Source of the DNA: Verrucomicrobiales bacterium
GTDB lineage: Bacteria; Verrucomicrobiota; Verrucomicrobiia; Limisphaerales; UBA9464
Assembly (NCBI GenBank): GCA_005793375.1
Contig: SXSK01000351.1
Span: 90 to 64,089 of the forward strand
Reading direction: 5' to 3'
Length of the DNA stretch: 64,000 nt
Below the pieces are notes generated by a model. That model searched no databases. It worked only from the letters and a program-made list of their open reading frames with translations, and was not told where the DNA came from. This document shows positions 46,553-57,400 of the stretch, piece after piece. A program made the translations under genes and the position numbers. The first letter of the stretch is position 1; each line of letters starts with the position of its first letter.

Positions 46553-49500
46553 CTAGGGTTTAATGTGCGTGGATTGAGCGAGGTATTCGAGGAGACCCGC
46601 TAGATCGGCGGCAGGTAGTTGTTCGAATCCGCCAGGCATGATGGAATCATTTGAAGCCTCTAAGGTGGCGATGTCGCGTCGTTGGATGGCGTGTTTTTGA
46701 CCGGTTGTGTCGAGGATCTCGATGCTGGTGGCTGACTCGGTATCGAGTCTGCCTGCGAAGGTATCACCGCCCTTGGTGGTAGCGGTCCAGCGTCGGTAAT
46801 TGGCTTCGACACTTCGATTGGGGTCGAGCACTTCGACCAGCAGCTCGGCTTTGGATCGGACGCCGATGCCGGTAAGGTCGGGTCCGATATGGGCACCCTT
46901 GCCACTCAGGGCGTGGCAGATTAGGCAGTTTTTGTCGAAGGCTTCTTTGCCGCGGACGACATCGCCCTTCTCCTGGGCCAGTGGGAGCAATTTCTGGATG
47001 GTGGCGGCGAGCTCGGCACTGGTCGCGGTTGCACCGCCCGTCTTCTGCTCAATGGCACGCGCTCGATCGGAGATGGAGGGCTTCGCATGTCGCCTGAGCT
47101 GATTCCATTGATCGCCAGCCAGATCCGATTTATGGAGTTTTCCGGCTTCGAGTGAGGTCAGGACGGTCGAAGCCCACTCGGTGCGGCGCAAAAGAACACC
47201 CAAAGCGGTTCGGCGTGCTGCCGGGGTGAGTTTCATCCAAGCTTCAAGAATTGCCGGTGCAACGCTGGGTTCGCGACTGGCAGAAAGGGCGTTGAGCAAG
47301 CCGGTGGAGAATTCCGGAGTGACCAGCGGAGTCAATTGATGGATCAACCCTTGGACCACGTCCGCACGGTCGTCGAGGCCGAGGAGGCGACGAGCGGCAT
47401 CTACCCGGGATTCATCGGCGAGGGAGGCGTTGGAGACCTGTGTTTGGAGGCGACCCGAAAGGGCGGCAACCTCATTGGCGAACAGACTCTTGCGTTCCCA
47501 GCGATCGGCCAAGGCGATCAAGGCGCTCCGCGCGTCGTCCGGAAGGCCTTTGATGAGAGCCACCAAACTGGATTCATCCTCGGGGCTCAAACTGAGCTTC
47601 TTGCCTTCCGGCCAGCCGGTGGCGAGCCCATCAATGAAGGCTCTGGCGACGAGTTCAGGGGCCTGGGCGGAAGTTTTGAGCAGGGGTGTGACTTCGAGCG
47701 GGCCCCGGCTGGCGTAATGGCGAGCCACGACGCGTACGGCGTCGCTGGCGGGCGCGGGAAAGGGCGAGGTAGATGCCAACAACGTTATTAGGAAACCCCG
47801 ATCATGTCGCGCCCCTGCGCTGGTGGCTGCATCGCGAATCCAGCGGTCCGAGCCATTGCGCGGGTCCTGCACGGCCTGGGCGATGGCTTGGCCAGCGTTT
47901 TCGCTGCCAGGCATTTCAGCGAGTGCGAGGAAGGCCGCGAGGCGCACTTGGGCATCGCCATCGCTCAAACTTTCCGCATTGATAATCAGTGGAACAGAAT
48001 CGGCGATACGCGGGAGCACGTTGAGAGCGGTTCGGCGCACCGATGGGGTGGGATGGCGCAGGGCATTGCGAACGGCGGTCCACCCGGCACTCGTGCGATC
48101 CTCAATGGCATCCAGTCCGTGCAAGGCCCAGAGAGCATGCAGAGCTCCAGGACTCAGGCCCAATTCGTCGGTCCTGGTTTGGTGGGTCAGGGCGATGAGT
48201 GCGGGAATCACGGATTCGTCTTTGCGCTCTACTAGCAACCGTTGGGCGTGCAGACGCCAAAACAGATTTGGGTTAACAAGTGCGTTAACCCAGTGGAGTG
48301 GTGTCGCCCCGGCGAGTTTGGGTGAGGCTCCAAGGTTGCTGCCCGTGTGGGTTACACGATAAATCCGGCCGTGCCGTTTGTCCCGGAGAGGTGTTTCGTA
48401 GGCATTGCCTTTTCCGTTCTTGAAACCATGAGGCGTCGGGTTGTGCTGGATAATGTAATTGTACCAGTCGATGAACCACATCGCGCCATCCGGACCCACT
48501 TCCGCCATGATGGGCGCAAACCATTCATCATCACTTGCCAGGAACGTGTGCTCATTGATGGCTTTAAAATCAGATCCTTGAGCGGCCAGACGAAATTTGC
48601 CGATTAAATGTCCCGTCGGTTCCGTGACAAAAGCGACCGAATTCCAATAGTCCCGTGGAAAATTTCGGGCGGTGTAGAGGGCGTGCCCAGCGCCGGCGGT
48701 GTAGCGCCCGTGGACGTCTACCTGACGCACTTTTGGAGTGACGGGAAAGAACTGCTGGCTGTCGGCGATGGTTTCCATCCGCGTTGCGGACCAACCGGTG
48801 ACGGTTTCATAGAAGCGGTTGGGAACAGCCATATACCAACTGGCGTTGTTGTTGGCCGTTGAGCCGAAGACCGTGCCTTCTTCGCTGAACCCCAGGCCCC
48901 AAGTGTTGTTGTTGCTCGAACGGATAAACTCGAGTGCTGAACCATCGGGTTTGAAGCGGAACACACCCATGCCGAATTTCAGTCGGCGGCCCCCGACATC
49001 GCCATCAAAGCCGCTGTAACCCACGACTCCCCAGATCCAGTTATCGAATCCGGTTCGGATGTTGCTGGCCGTGGCGTGGGTATCGCCCATGCCCCAGCCA
49101 CGGAAAAGTGTACGACGTTCATCTGCCTGATCATCACCGTTGGTATCGCGGAGGAACAGCGTCTGGCCGCCTTCGATGACTATGAGTCCGCCGTTGGCGA
49201 AACACAAACCGGTTGGAATGCTGAGCTTGTCAGCGAACACGGTGAATTTGTCGGCACGTCCGTCTCCGTTCGTGTCTTCGCAGATTTTGATTCGATCGCG
49301 GCCACCGCCAGCAGGTTGAAGTTCGTTGGGATAATCGATGGTTTCAGCGATCCAAAGACGTCCCCGTTCATCCCAAGCCATGGTGATCGGCTTGAGTATC
49401 TCGGGATCGGCAGCCCAGAGTGTCGACTCGAATCCCTCTGGAAGAACCACGTGAAGGGCAGAATCCCCTGGAGCGAGAGGTGATTGCATTTGGGTGATCT

Positions 49501-49681
49501 GTTCGCCTTCTGTGCCCCACTTTTCACCTGGCAGATAGTTGGGCATTGCAAATCCAGCAGGCTGATACTGAAAGGGTTTCAGCCCGGTCTTCGGCTTGAG
49601 GTCCTCGCCCAACAAGGTTCCAACTAATCCCAGTGTCAATGCAGCGGCGTGGAAGCGAACAACGGCACATCGTGTAATCAT
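46553..49681 (-). CDS. PVC-type membrane-bound-dehydrogenase-domain / HEAT-repeat / C-terminal cytochrome c protein
   Basis: The likely start is MITRCAVVRFHAAALTLGLVGTLLG (49681). It has an N-terminal beta-propeller-like dehydrogenase region, central HEAT-like repeats and a C-terminal CLICHALSGKGAHIGPDLTGIG (CxxCH). It has the same architecture class as the interrupted gene at 30450..33089, but the N-terminal sequence appears divergent (different subtype by eye). Confidence 0.8.
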   Translation of the reverse strand: MITRCAVVRFHAAALTLGLVGTLLGEDLKPKTGLKPFQYQPAGFAMPNYLPGEKWGTEGEQITQMQSPLAPGDSALHVVLPEGFESTLWAADPEILKPITMAWDERGRLWIAETIDYPNELQPAGGGRDRIKICEDTNGDGRADKFTVFADKLSIPTGLCFANGGLIVIEGGQTLFLRDTNGDDQADERRTLFRGWGMGDTHATASNIRTGFDNWIWGVVGYSGFDGDVGGRRLKFGMGVFRFKPDGSALEFIRSSNNNTWGLGFSEEGTVFGSTANNNASWYMAVPNRFYETVTGWSATRMETIADSQQFFPVTPKVRQVDVHGRYTAGAGHALYTARNFPRDYWNSVAFVTEPTGHLIGKFRLAAQGSDFKAINEHTFLASDDEWFAPIMAEVGPDGAMWFIDWYNYIIQHNPTPHGFKNGKGNAYETPLRDKRHGRIYRVTHTGSNLGASPKLAGATPLHWVNALVNPNLFWRLHAQRLLVERKDESVIPALIALTHQTRTDELGLSPGALHALWALHGLDAIEDRTSAGWTAVRNALRHPTPSVRRTALNVLPRIADSVPLIINAESLSDGDAQVRLAAFLALAEMPGSENAGQAIAQAVQDPRNGSDRWIRDAATSAGARHDRGFLITLLASTSPFPAPASDAVRVVARHYASRGPLEVTPLLKTSAQAPELVARAFIDGLATGWPEGKKLSLSPEDESSLVALIKGLPDDARSALIALADRWERKSLFANEVAALSGRLQTQVSNASLADESRVDAARRLLGLDDRADVVQGLIHQLTPLVTPEFSTGLLNALSASREPSVAPAILEAWMKLTPAARRTALGVLLRRTEWASTVLTSLEAGKLHKSDLAGDQWNQLRRHAKPSISDRARAIEQKTGGATATSAELAATIQKLLPLAQEKGDVVRGKEAFDKNCLICHALSGKGAHIGPDLTGIGVRSKAELLVEVLDPNRSVEANYRRWTATTKGGDTFAGRLDTESATSIEILDTTGQKHAIQRRDIATLEASNDSIMPGGFEQLPAADLAGLLEYLAQSTHIKP

Positions 49682-49822
49682 GGACAATGAATGAAGAAAT
49701 GATTCTGGGACCAAACTACTCAAAAGGCCCATCGAGTGGCTATGCAGCAGTGCGCAGATATTTTGTGATTTTTTCAGGGCAACCACGGTCGAAGGGGTTG
49801 GCAACCTTATCCGCATTCGTGC

Positions 49823-52800
49823 ATGCTGAACCGCGTGATCACCGTCGCATCGACACTGACCTCCCGAATTCCCGGGAAAGCCGGGGTTTGGCGTGGTGTC
49901 TGGTCGCGATATGGCATCAGGATCTTTGGGACTGTCTGGTTACTGGTTTTCACGCTCCCAGTCCGCGGCGACAAACTGCAGTTCAATCGTGATATACGCC
50001 CCGTCTTGTCAGATGCCTGCTTTCGGTGTCATGGGTTTGATGCAGCGACGCGCAAGGGCGGGGTGCGTCTGGACCTTCGCGACGATGCACTGAAGCCCGG
50101 GAAATCGGGAGCGACCCCGATTGTCCCTGGAAAACCGGACCAGAGTGAGGTGGTGCGACGGCTGTATGCGCCGGATCCGGACGAGTTAATGCCGCCGCGA
50201 GAGAGCCACAAGAGATTGACCGCGGAGCAGAAGGCGACGATTCGGAATTGGATTCAAGAAGGCGCTGTTTACGAGGGGCACTGGGCGTTTCAGCCGATTG
50301 CGCGTCCGGAAATTCCGTGGGCCGGGCAGGCGCGTGACGCGCCATTGGGCCATCAGCCGATTGACGCCTTTGTTTCGGCAACGCTGCGAGCCAAGGGGCT
50401 CCCGTTGGCGGGGCGAACCGATCGCACCACATTGATCCGACGGGTCAGCCTGGACTTGACAGGAATGCCGCCGGCACCCGAGGCGGTGGCGGCATTTGAA
50501 GTGGACGAACGGGACGATGCGTACGAGCGCGTGGTGGATCGTCTATTGCGATCCCCGCGTTATGGGGAGCGGATGGCTCAGGACTGGTTGGATGCTGCTC
50601 GATTCGCGGACAGCAATGGATATCAGGTGGATCGCGATCGAGAAGCTTGGGCTTGGCGCGACTGGGTGGTTGGGGCATTCAACCGAAACCTGTCGTTTGA
50701 TCAATTTACGGTGGAACAATTGGCTGGAGATCTATTGCCAGGAGCGACGTTTGAACAGCGGATTGCGACGGGTTTCCATCGGAATCACATGAGTAATGAG
50801 GAAGGGGGAATCATTCCAGAGGAGTTTCTCGCGGAATACTGTGCGGATCGAGTGGAGACCACGGCGACGGTTTGGTTGGGGCTGACGTTTAACTGTGCCC
50901 GGTGTCATGACCACAAGTACGATCCATTCACTCAGCGCGACTTTTACGGCTTGTATGCGTTCTTCCACAATATCACTGAGAAAGGGGTTGGAGACTATGG
51001 ATCGCATTATCGGCGAAGTACTCCTCCCTGGATGCTGCTTCCGGCGCCGGAGTTAGAAACGGCGCTCGGTCGATTGAATCAGGATTTGTCGGATGAGAGT
51101 GCGGTGCTGACCAATTTGGCATCCCAAGTCCTGTTGAATGCGGCTGATTGGGAACGGCAGGTGACCAATGCCCACGTGACGTGGCAAAAGCCTTGGCTGC
51201 TGCACCCGCATGTCTCGAGCAATGGGGTGACCGAAGTGGGGCTCGAATCGGTACTGAATCTGCGATCTCTGGACACCAACCTCGTGGTGTTCTCGGCGAC
51301 ACTCCGGATTCCGTTGTCGAGTGTGAGTGCCCTGCGATTTGAACTGTCGCGAAACCATTCTGAAGTTGCGGGTAGCACCAATCGGATTGGGGTTCGCGAA
51401 TTGAGGGTGTGGCGTGTGGATGGCCCGTTGACCGAGACCAACGCCCTTGCGGTGCGGCCTCGTTCGATTGAGACGGGTGCCCCGACCGACGACGTGGCGA
51501 AGGCGTTGGATGGAAAGACCAACACCAGTTGGCAGGCGGTCTTTACGACCAATGGAGCGGTCGTCGCGTGCGTGGATTTTTTGAGGCCCCTGCCAGGAAG
51601 CGGTCAGGTTTTGTTGAAAATTGAATTGGAAGCCTCGGCCTCGGAAACGAACTGGCCTTGGCGACTAGCGGTTGAGGCGACATCGACGCCGCTTGACTGG
51701 TTGGCGACGCCGGAAGTTCGGGGAATTCTACTCAAGCCGGTCGTGGATCGAAAAGACGAAGATCAAAAGAAGCTGGGGGCATTCCGGCTGGCGCAATCGC
51801 CCGTTTACGAGGCACAGCGGCTGCGTGTGGAAGGAGTGCGTGGTCGAGCCAAAGAAAAGGAAAACGCACTCCCGGTGACCTTGGTGATGCAGGAGATGGA
51901 TCAGCCTCGGGAGACATTCGTGTTAATGCGTGGGGCCTATGATCGAAAGGGGGAACGAGTCATGCCATCGACGCCTGGAATGCTACCGGCATTTTCTTCG
52001 GAGTTACCCCGAAATCGGCTGGGGTTGGCGCGCTGGCTGACATCGTCGTCTAATCCACTGACGGCTCGGGTGATGGTGAATCGGTTATGGCAATCGTTCT
52101 TCGGAGTCGGGCTGGTGCGGACCGCCGAAGATTTCGGGGTGCAAGGTGAGGCGCCGAGCCATCCGGAGTTATTGGATTGGCTGGCGCGTTCGTGGATGGA
52201 ACGTGGTTGGGATATAAAATGGTTGGTGAAGGAGATGGTCACCAGCGAAACTTACCAACGGGCTTCGAAGTTCTCAAAGGAGAGCGCGACGATTGATCCG
52301 GAAAATCGATGGTTAGCCCGCGGTCCGCGATTCCGATTATCGGGGGAAGCCATTCGAGATCAGGCGTTGTCGGTCAGCGGCTTAATGGTGGGGCAATTTG
52401 GTGGACCTGCGGTGCGACCCTACCACCCTTCTGGAATCTACGAGCAAGTGGTGGCGGGTTCGTCAGCAGATACCTACGTTCAGGACAAAGGAGCGAACCT
52501 CTATCGGCGGAGTTTGTACACTTACTGGAAACGTTCGGTGCCGAATCCATCACTTTTATTGTTCGATCGACCGTTCCGGGAAACGTGTGCCGTGCGACGG
52601 GCGCGGACGAGTACGCCCTTGCAGGCGTTGAACCTGTTGAATGACCCAACCTACGTGGAGGCCTCACGGGCCTTGGCGCAGCGTATGATTCGCGAGGGCG
52701 GGTTAACGGAGGAACGGCGCGTTCGCCATGGGTTTCGGTTGGTTACCTGTCGGCAACCCAATCCAGCTGAGCTCAGAATCTTAATCCAGGGATTGCGGCG

Positions 52801-52960
52801 CGCGGCTGCCAGTTTTGCTGCGGATTACGCTGCCGCTGAGGCTTTGGTCAAGGTTGGCGATTCTGTGCGTGCCACCAATCTCGATTTGGTGGAGTTGGCC
52901 GCATACACTTCAGTGGCTAGCACCTTATTGAACCTGGACGAAACATTGACCAAAGAATGA
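49823..52960 (+). CDS. PSCyt1 / DUF1549 / DUF1553 planctomycete-cytochrome-C-type exported protein
   Basis: 1045 aa. Family blocks are present: CFRCHGFDAATRKGGVRLDLRD, LIRRVSLDLTGMPPAPEAVAAF, CARCHDHKYDPFTQRDFYGLYAFFHN, VNRLWQSFFGVGLV and LQALNLLNDP. Confidence 0.85.
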   Translation: MLNRVITVASTLTSRIPGKAGVWRGVWSRYGIRIFGTVWLLVFTLPVRGDKLQFNRDIRPVLSDACFRCHGFDAATRKGGVRLDLRDDALKPGKSGATPIVPGKPDQSEVVRRLYAPDPDELMPPRESHKRLTAEQKATIRNWIQEGAVYEGHWAFQPIARPEIPWAGQARDAPLGHQPIDAFVSATLRAKGLPLAGRTDRTTLIRRVSLDLTGMPPAPEAVAAFEVDERDDAYERVVDRLLRSPRYGERMAQDWLDAARFADSNGYQVDRDREAWAWRDWVVGAFNRNLSFDQFTVEQLAGDLLPGATFEQRIATGFHRNHMSNEEGGIIPEEFLAEYCADRVETTATVWLGLTFNCARCHDHKYDPFTQRDFYGLYAFFHNITEKGVGDYGSHYRRSTPPWMLLPAPELETALGRLNQDLSDESAVLTNLASQVLLNAADWERQVTNAHVTWQKPWLLHPHVSSNGVTEVGLESVLNLRSLDTNLVVFSATLRIPLSSVSALRFELSRNHSEVAGSTNRIGVRELRVWRVDGPLTETNALAVRPRSIETGAPTDDVAKALDGKTNTSWQAVFTTNGAVVACVDFLRPLPGSGQVLLKIELEASASETNWPWRLAVEATSTPLDWLATPEVRGILLKPVVDRKDEDQKKLGAFRLAQSPVYEAQRLRVEGVRGRAKEKENALPVTLVMQEMDQPRETFVLMRGAYDRKGERVMPSTPGMLPAFSSELPRNRLGLARWLTSSSNPLTARVMVNRLWQSFFGVGLVRTAEDFGVQGEAPSHPELLDWLARSWMERGWDIKWLVKEMVTSETYQRASKFSKESATIDPENRWLARGPRFRLSGEAIRDQALSVSGLMVGQFGGPAVRPYHPSGIYEQVVAGSSADTYVQDKGANLYRRSLYTYWKRSVPNPSLLLFDRPFRETCAVRRARTSTPLQALNLLNDPTYVEASRALAQRMIREGGLTEERRVRHGFRLVTCRQPNPAELRILIQGLRRAAASFAADYAAAEALVKVGDSVRATNLDLVELAAYTSVASTLLNLDETLTKE

Positions 52961-54405
52961 CTCACGATTCCGTCCATCTGACCCGGCGGTTGTTTCTTTC
53001 TCGTGGAGGCACAGGCATTGGTGCCGCTGCATTGATGTCGCTCCTGAATTCCTCAGGGCTTCGTGCGGACGGCAGAGTCGGGTCGAAAACGGTGGGTGAA
53101 TCGTTGACACATCGGGGCACCGCGCGGCGAGTCATCTATCTGACTCAAGCAGGAGCTCCATCACAGTTGGATTTATTCGACTACAAGCCGGGCTTGAAAG
53201 CCAGGTTTAAGGAGAATCTACCCGATTCCGTTCGGGGAGGGCAGCGATTGACAGGCATGACTTCCGGCCAGAAAACGCTGCCGATTGCTCCGACGCCGTT
53301 TGCATTTCGTCAACACGGTCAGAGCGGGATTTGGCTGAGCGAACTGATGCCGCACACGGGCCGTGCTGTCGATGAGATGTGTTTGGTCCGTTCGGTGTTT
53401 ACCGAAGCGATCAACCATGATCCAGCGATGACCCTGTTGCAGACAGGGAGTCAAGTCGCTGGACGCCCATCCGTGGGTGCATGGCTTTCTTACGGGTTGG
53501 GATCTGAGAACTCGAATCTGCCGGGATTTGTGGTGATGATCTCACGGCCGAGCGGCCCGACCAATGCTCAGCCCTTGCACGAACGCATGTGGGGTTCTGG
53601 ATTCCTTCCGTCTCAGCACCAGGGCGTGCGATTCAGTCCAGGTCGGGACCCGGTGTTGTATTTATCCAATCCGGCCGGCATGGATGATGGCAGAAGGCGC
53701 GGTATGCTGGACGACCTGGCAGCATTGAACCGGCTAAAGCTTGAGATCTACCAGGATCCGGAGATCCAGACTCGAATCACGCAGTACGAATTGGCGTACC
53801 GAATGCAGGCATCGGTCCCTGAGTTGACCGATCTTTCCAAGGAACCCAAATCGATCTTCGAGTTGTATGGTCCTGATTCGACAAAACCGGGAACCTTTGC
53901 CGCCAATTGTATTCTGGCCCGGCGCTTGGCCGAACGCGGGGTTCGATTCATCCAGTTATATCATCGAGGATGGGACCAGCATGCCAGTTTGCCTGAGCAC
54001 ATTCGTCATCAGGCGCGTGACACCGACCAACCGTCGTCGGCATTGCTCATGGACCTGAAACAGCGGGGTTTGCTGGACGACACGTTGATAGTCTGGGGTG
54101 GTGAATTTGGAAGGACAGTTTTCAGCCAAGGGGAACTTAGCGAAACCAACTTCGGGAGAGACCACCACCCTCGATGCTATTCCATCTGGATGGCCGGCGG
54201 CGGTATTCGGGCGGGCACGACGTATGGTGAGACCGATGATTTTTCCTACAATATCGCGCGCGATCCTGTGCACTTGCATGATCTGAATGCCACTATCCTG
54301 CATTGCCTGGGTATTCATCATGAACGGCTGACGTTCCGTCATTTAGGACGGGATTATCGGCTGACTGACATTCATGGAAATGTGGTGTCGGGTTTGTTGA
54401 GCTAA
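52957..54405 (+). CDS. DUF1501 domain protein, Tat-signal-like N-terminus
   Basis: The ATG overlaps the upstream stop (ATGA at 52957..52960). It has LTRRLFLSRGGTGIGAAALMSLL and the DUF1501 blocks VIYLTQAGAPSQLDLFDYKP, GGEFGRT, GRDHHP and RLTDIHG. Confidence 0.85.
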   Translation: MTHDSVHLTRRLFLSRGGTGIGAAALMSLLNSSGLRADGRVGSKTVGESLTHRGTARRVIYLTQAGAPSQLDLFDYKPGLKARFKENLPDSVRGGQRLTGMTSGQKTLPIAPTPFAFRQHGQSGIWLSELMPHTGRAVDEMCLVRSVFTEAINHDPAMTLLQTGSQVAGRPSVGAWLSYGLGSENSNLPGFVVMISRPSGPTNAQPLHERMWGSGFLPSQHQGVRFSPGRDPVLYLSNPAGMDDGRRRGMLDDLAALNRLKLEIYQDPEIQTRITQYELAYRMQASVPELTDLSKEPKSIFELYGPDSTKPGTFAANCILARRLAERGVRFIQLYHRGWDQHASLPEHIRHQARDTDQPSSALLMDLKQRGLLDDTLIVWGGEFGRTVFSQGELSETNFGRDHHPRCYSIWMAGGGIRAGTTYGETDDFSYNIARDPVHLHDLNATILHCLGIHHERLTFRHLGRDYRLTDIHGNVVSGLLS

Positions 54406-54439
54406 TCCCGCTTAAAAAGGGAGATGACTGGCGGGTGAC

Positions 54440-54477
54440 GGCAAAAGCGGCAGCGGGCCGCCGACACTCCGAAGGGG
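54440..54477 (+). repeat. GC-rich hairpin repeat, copy C (REP-like family)
   Basis: GGCAAAAGCGGCAGCGGGCCGCCGACACTCCGAAGGGG aligns by eye with copy B. It lies between convergent genes. Confidence 0.6.
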
Positions 54478-54499
54478 CGTATGGGTGGTTGGGTTCAGG

Positions 54500-57400
54500 T
54501 CAGAACGACTGGCTGGGCTTGGTGGTGCTGCGTGAGCGGGTTGTTGATTGTTGTGCGATGGCATTGCTGAACAGAGAGTCGGGTGTGATGGCATGAATCT
54601 CGATTCCCGCGATACATCCTCGGAAGTTTCCAAGATTGAGCCGCCAGGGGCCAGTTCGCCGGTGATTAAAGGGCACGATGCCTTCGGCGATTCTTCCGCC
54701 ATCAATGGTCACTGTGGCGAAGGCAGCGGCGTCATCGTCCTGCGGCGTGAGTTTCAGTTCCAGTTGGTGCCAGAGTTCCACCGTGAGCGCCATGGCGACG
54801 AGGGCTCGATTGGCTACGGGAGTGCTTCCCACGAGGACATCAGGAGAGTTCGCCCCTTTTTCCTGAGTCAGTTCCAAGCGCGCATCCCACGCTTTGGCGA
54901 GCGATAGGAGAGGGACGGATTCGTCGCCGGCGGCAGTCCACGATTCCGGCAGGATCCAGGCGGAAATACGAATGGGACTGGATATTGGAATGGTGGTCGG
55001 CAGATCCAGCCACGCCTGCGAACCGAGACCGCCGAAATGAAGGACGCTTCGATCAATGCCCTCGACGGGCCTAAAGGCACAGTGACCTTTGAGATTTAGC
55101 CTGGATCCAGGACTCCCTATGTCTGCAAGCGATCCGTCGAGGGGGAGCCAGCAAAGTGGATTGCCGATGGGTGGTGCCCAACAGGCCTGGGGTGGTGTCC
55201 GGATGCTGGCTGTTGAGACTGAGTTGGCGGTGGTGGCCGGCGCGTGGTTGGTGGAAGTTTGTTCCCGGATGTTTCTCAGCCGCTGACTGGGAGGCGAGTG
55301 ATTAATTGGATTGGGGTCCTCGGCACGCACCACGGCCTGGGGGAGGATACCAGAGATTCTTGAGTGTATCTTCTGGGGAGTTTCGAGACGTTCGATTTCA
55401 CGAGTCCCAAAAAGACGTCGGCCATCCGGGAGAACAATCTCTACTTCGATCCAGGATGGTTCGGTGTTGGAGCGGGTGATCGTCCGGGTGAGCCCGCCTT
55501 CGCTCCAGCCTTCTGGTGTTTCCCAAAGTATTCGGGCTTTGTCCAAGAAAAGGCCGGTGGTTGAGAGGCAGACATTTGCGGTAGACCCCAAGGGCAAGGG
55601 GTCAGGTATACCAGCAATGGTCAGGGCAGGCAATTCGGCGGGGAGTTCGATGGCTCCGGAAGACTTGGCGAACAGCGCCGCGCCCACAGCAAGGGACTGT
55701 CCTAACTCGATCACTGTGGCTTCGGTTGTGGTGTTGAATACGTCCGTATAACGATCGAACAAAGGGAACCGTCCAGAGTCACGGTTTGGAGAGGGATACA
55801 TGAGTCCAGGCAGAGTGCGTTTGTAATGATCGAGCCAACTGAATCCAGAGGCACAAGCACCCACAACCAGCCCCGATGGTGGGAGCTTCTGGGGGTCGTT
55901 TCGCGCGATTTGTGAGACAGGTTCTCTAGGGAAGTGAGGACCTAAGCCGGTGACAAAAGTCACTCCCGCAGGATTAGCTCCCCAAGCGTAACCCAGGTTC
56001 GACCAAAGAGCCGATTCGAAACGTGCCTTCTGATTCGGATCGGTGGATTGCAGATCCGCGACCAAGAGATCAAAGGCAACGGCCTGTGGAAAGATCCAGC
56101 CAGCGGAATGGATTCGTTTGGATTCGACGGGGAAGCTTAGCCCCAACGCGCATTGTTCGGAACGAACGGCTTGGTCCACCCCGGCCGCCAATAGCTCTCG
56201 ACGGCACGCGTCGAGGTAACGCGTGTCGCGGTGTTGTGCCGCCGAGCGGGTACCGCCGAAAGCGTAGGTTCTTATGGCGTTGCCCCACGCGCCCGGGAGT
56301 CGCCACCAGGTCCACCTCCGATTCTCCCGGGCGCTTGGGTTGGGCATCCAGGATTGGACGGCTGATTGGTATTGGGGAGCTCCGGTGGCCATAAAGAGCG
56401 ATGCTGCCGCCCAGGCCATTTCGTCATCGTGAAGGAATTCATCGCCGTAGTGCGTGAGCTTTTGGTAGGCGCCATCGCGTCCGTATCGCAGCATGGCCTT
56501 CTGCAGGAATCCCCAGGCGTTTGTGGCGGCAATTCGATAGCGGGCGGCTTCCAGCGGAAAGTGACGTTGAAATTCGGGAGCTGCTGCCAACTGGGCCAGA
56601 GCAGCGCATGCGGCGGCGGTCGCCGCGGTATTTTTGGGCCAAACCACTTGTGGGTCACCTTGGCTGGGAAGGACGTTGTTTTCGTAACGACGAGCGCGTG
56701 GGTAGACAAGAAAGTAAAAACCACCATCGAGATCTTGAAGTTTGGTGAGGAAGTCGGCTTCGCGTTTGGCGATTTGCCACAAATCCCCGATGTCATCATG
56801 ACTTTCCGGCAACCCCAGGCTGTCGAGTCCCCCAACCCCGGGGAAATGCTCGGCGGCAAATGCCAATTCATGAATGAGCTGAGCGCTGTTAATGGTGTAC
56901 TTGCTATAATCCCCGGCGTCGTGGTGTCCGCCGGAAACATCCACTGGACCTTGACGCAAGATCGGGTAGAGAGACGCGGTGACGTTGGAAAGCTGTGGCG
57001 CGATGTGGCGAGGATTCTTGTGAAAATTTGCTGTAGAAGCCGCGAGTAACGGGTTGGTTGGGTGCGTCGAATCTGGCACTTCTGCTACGCTGAGATGTCC
57101 GGCGGCCCGAGTGAATCGGGTGTAAGGCAAGGTCAGAGCGACCCCACTACGCTGGTGATAGAGCCCGAGAGCTGCGGACCGTACGGCTTGCCCCGCGACA
57201 CCGTCATTGATGACAAATGCTGGCGAGGTTCCCAATTCAGAAACCTTCAGACGATAAGAACCCGGGGTGGTGAGCCCTGAAAAATCGGCTTCCCACACAC
57301 GCTGGTAAGGAGCGGGGCTGTCGTTGAACCCAATATCCGAACGTCGATGCAAAACACCTTTCAACTGGCTCACCCCGCTATTGGAATCGATCACATCGAA

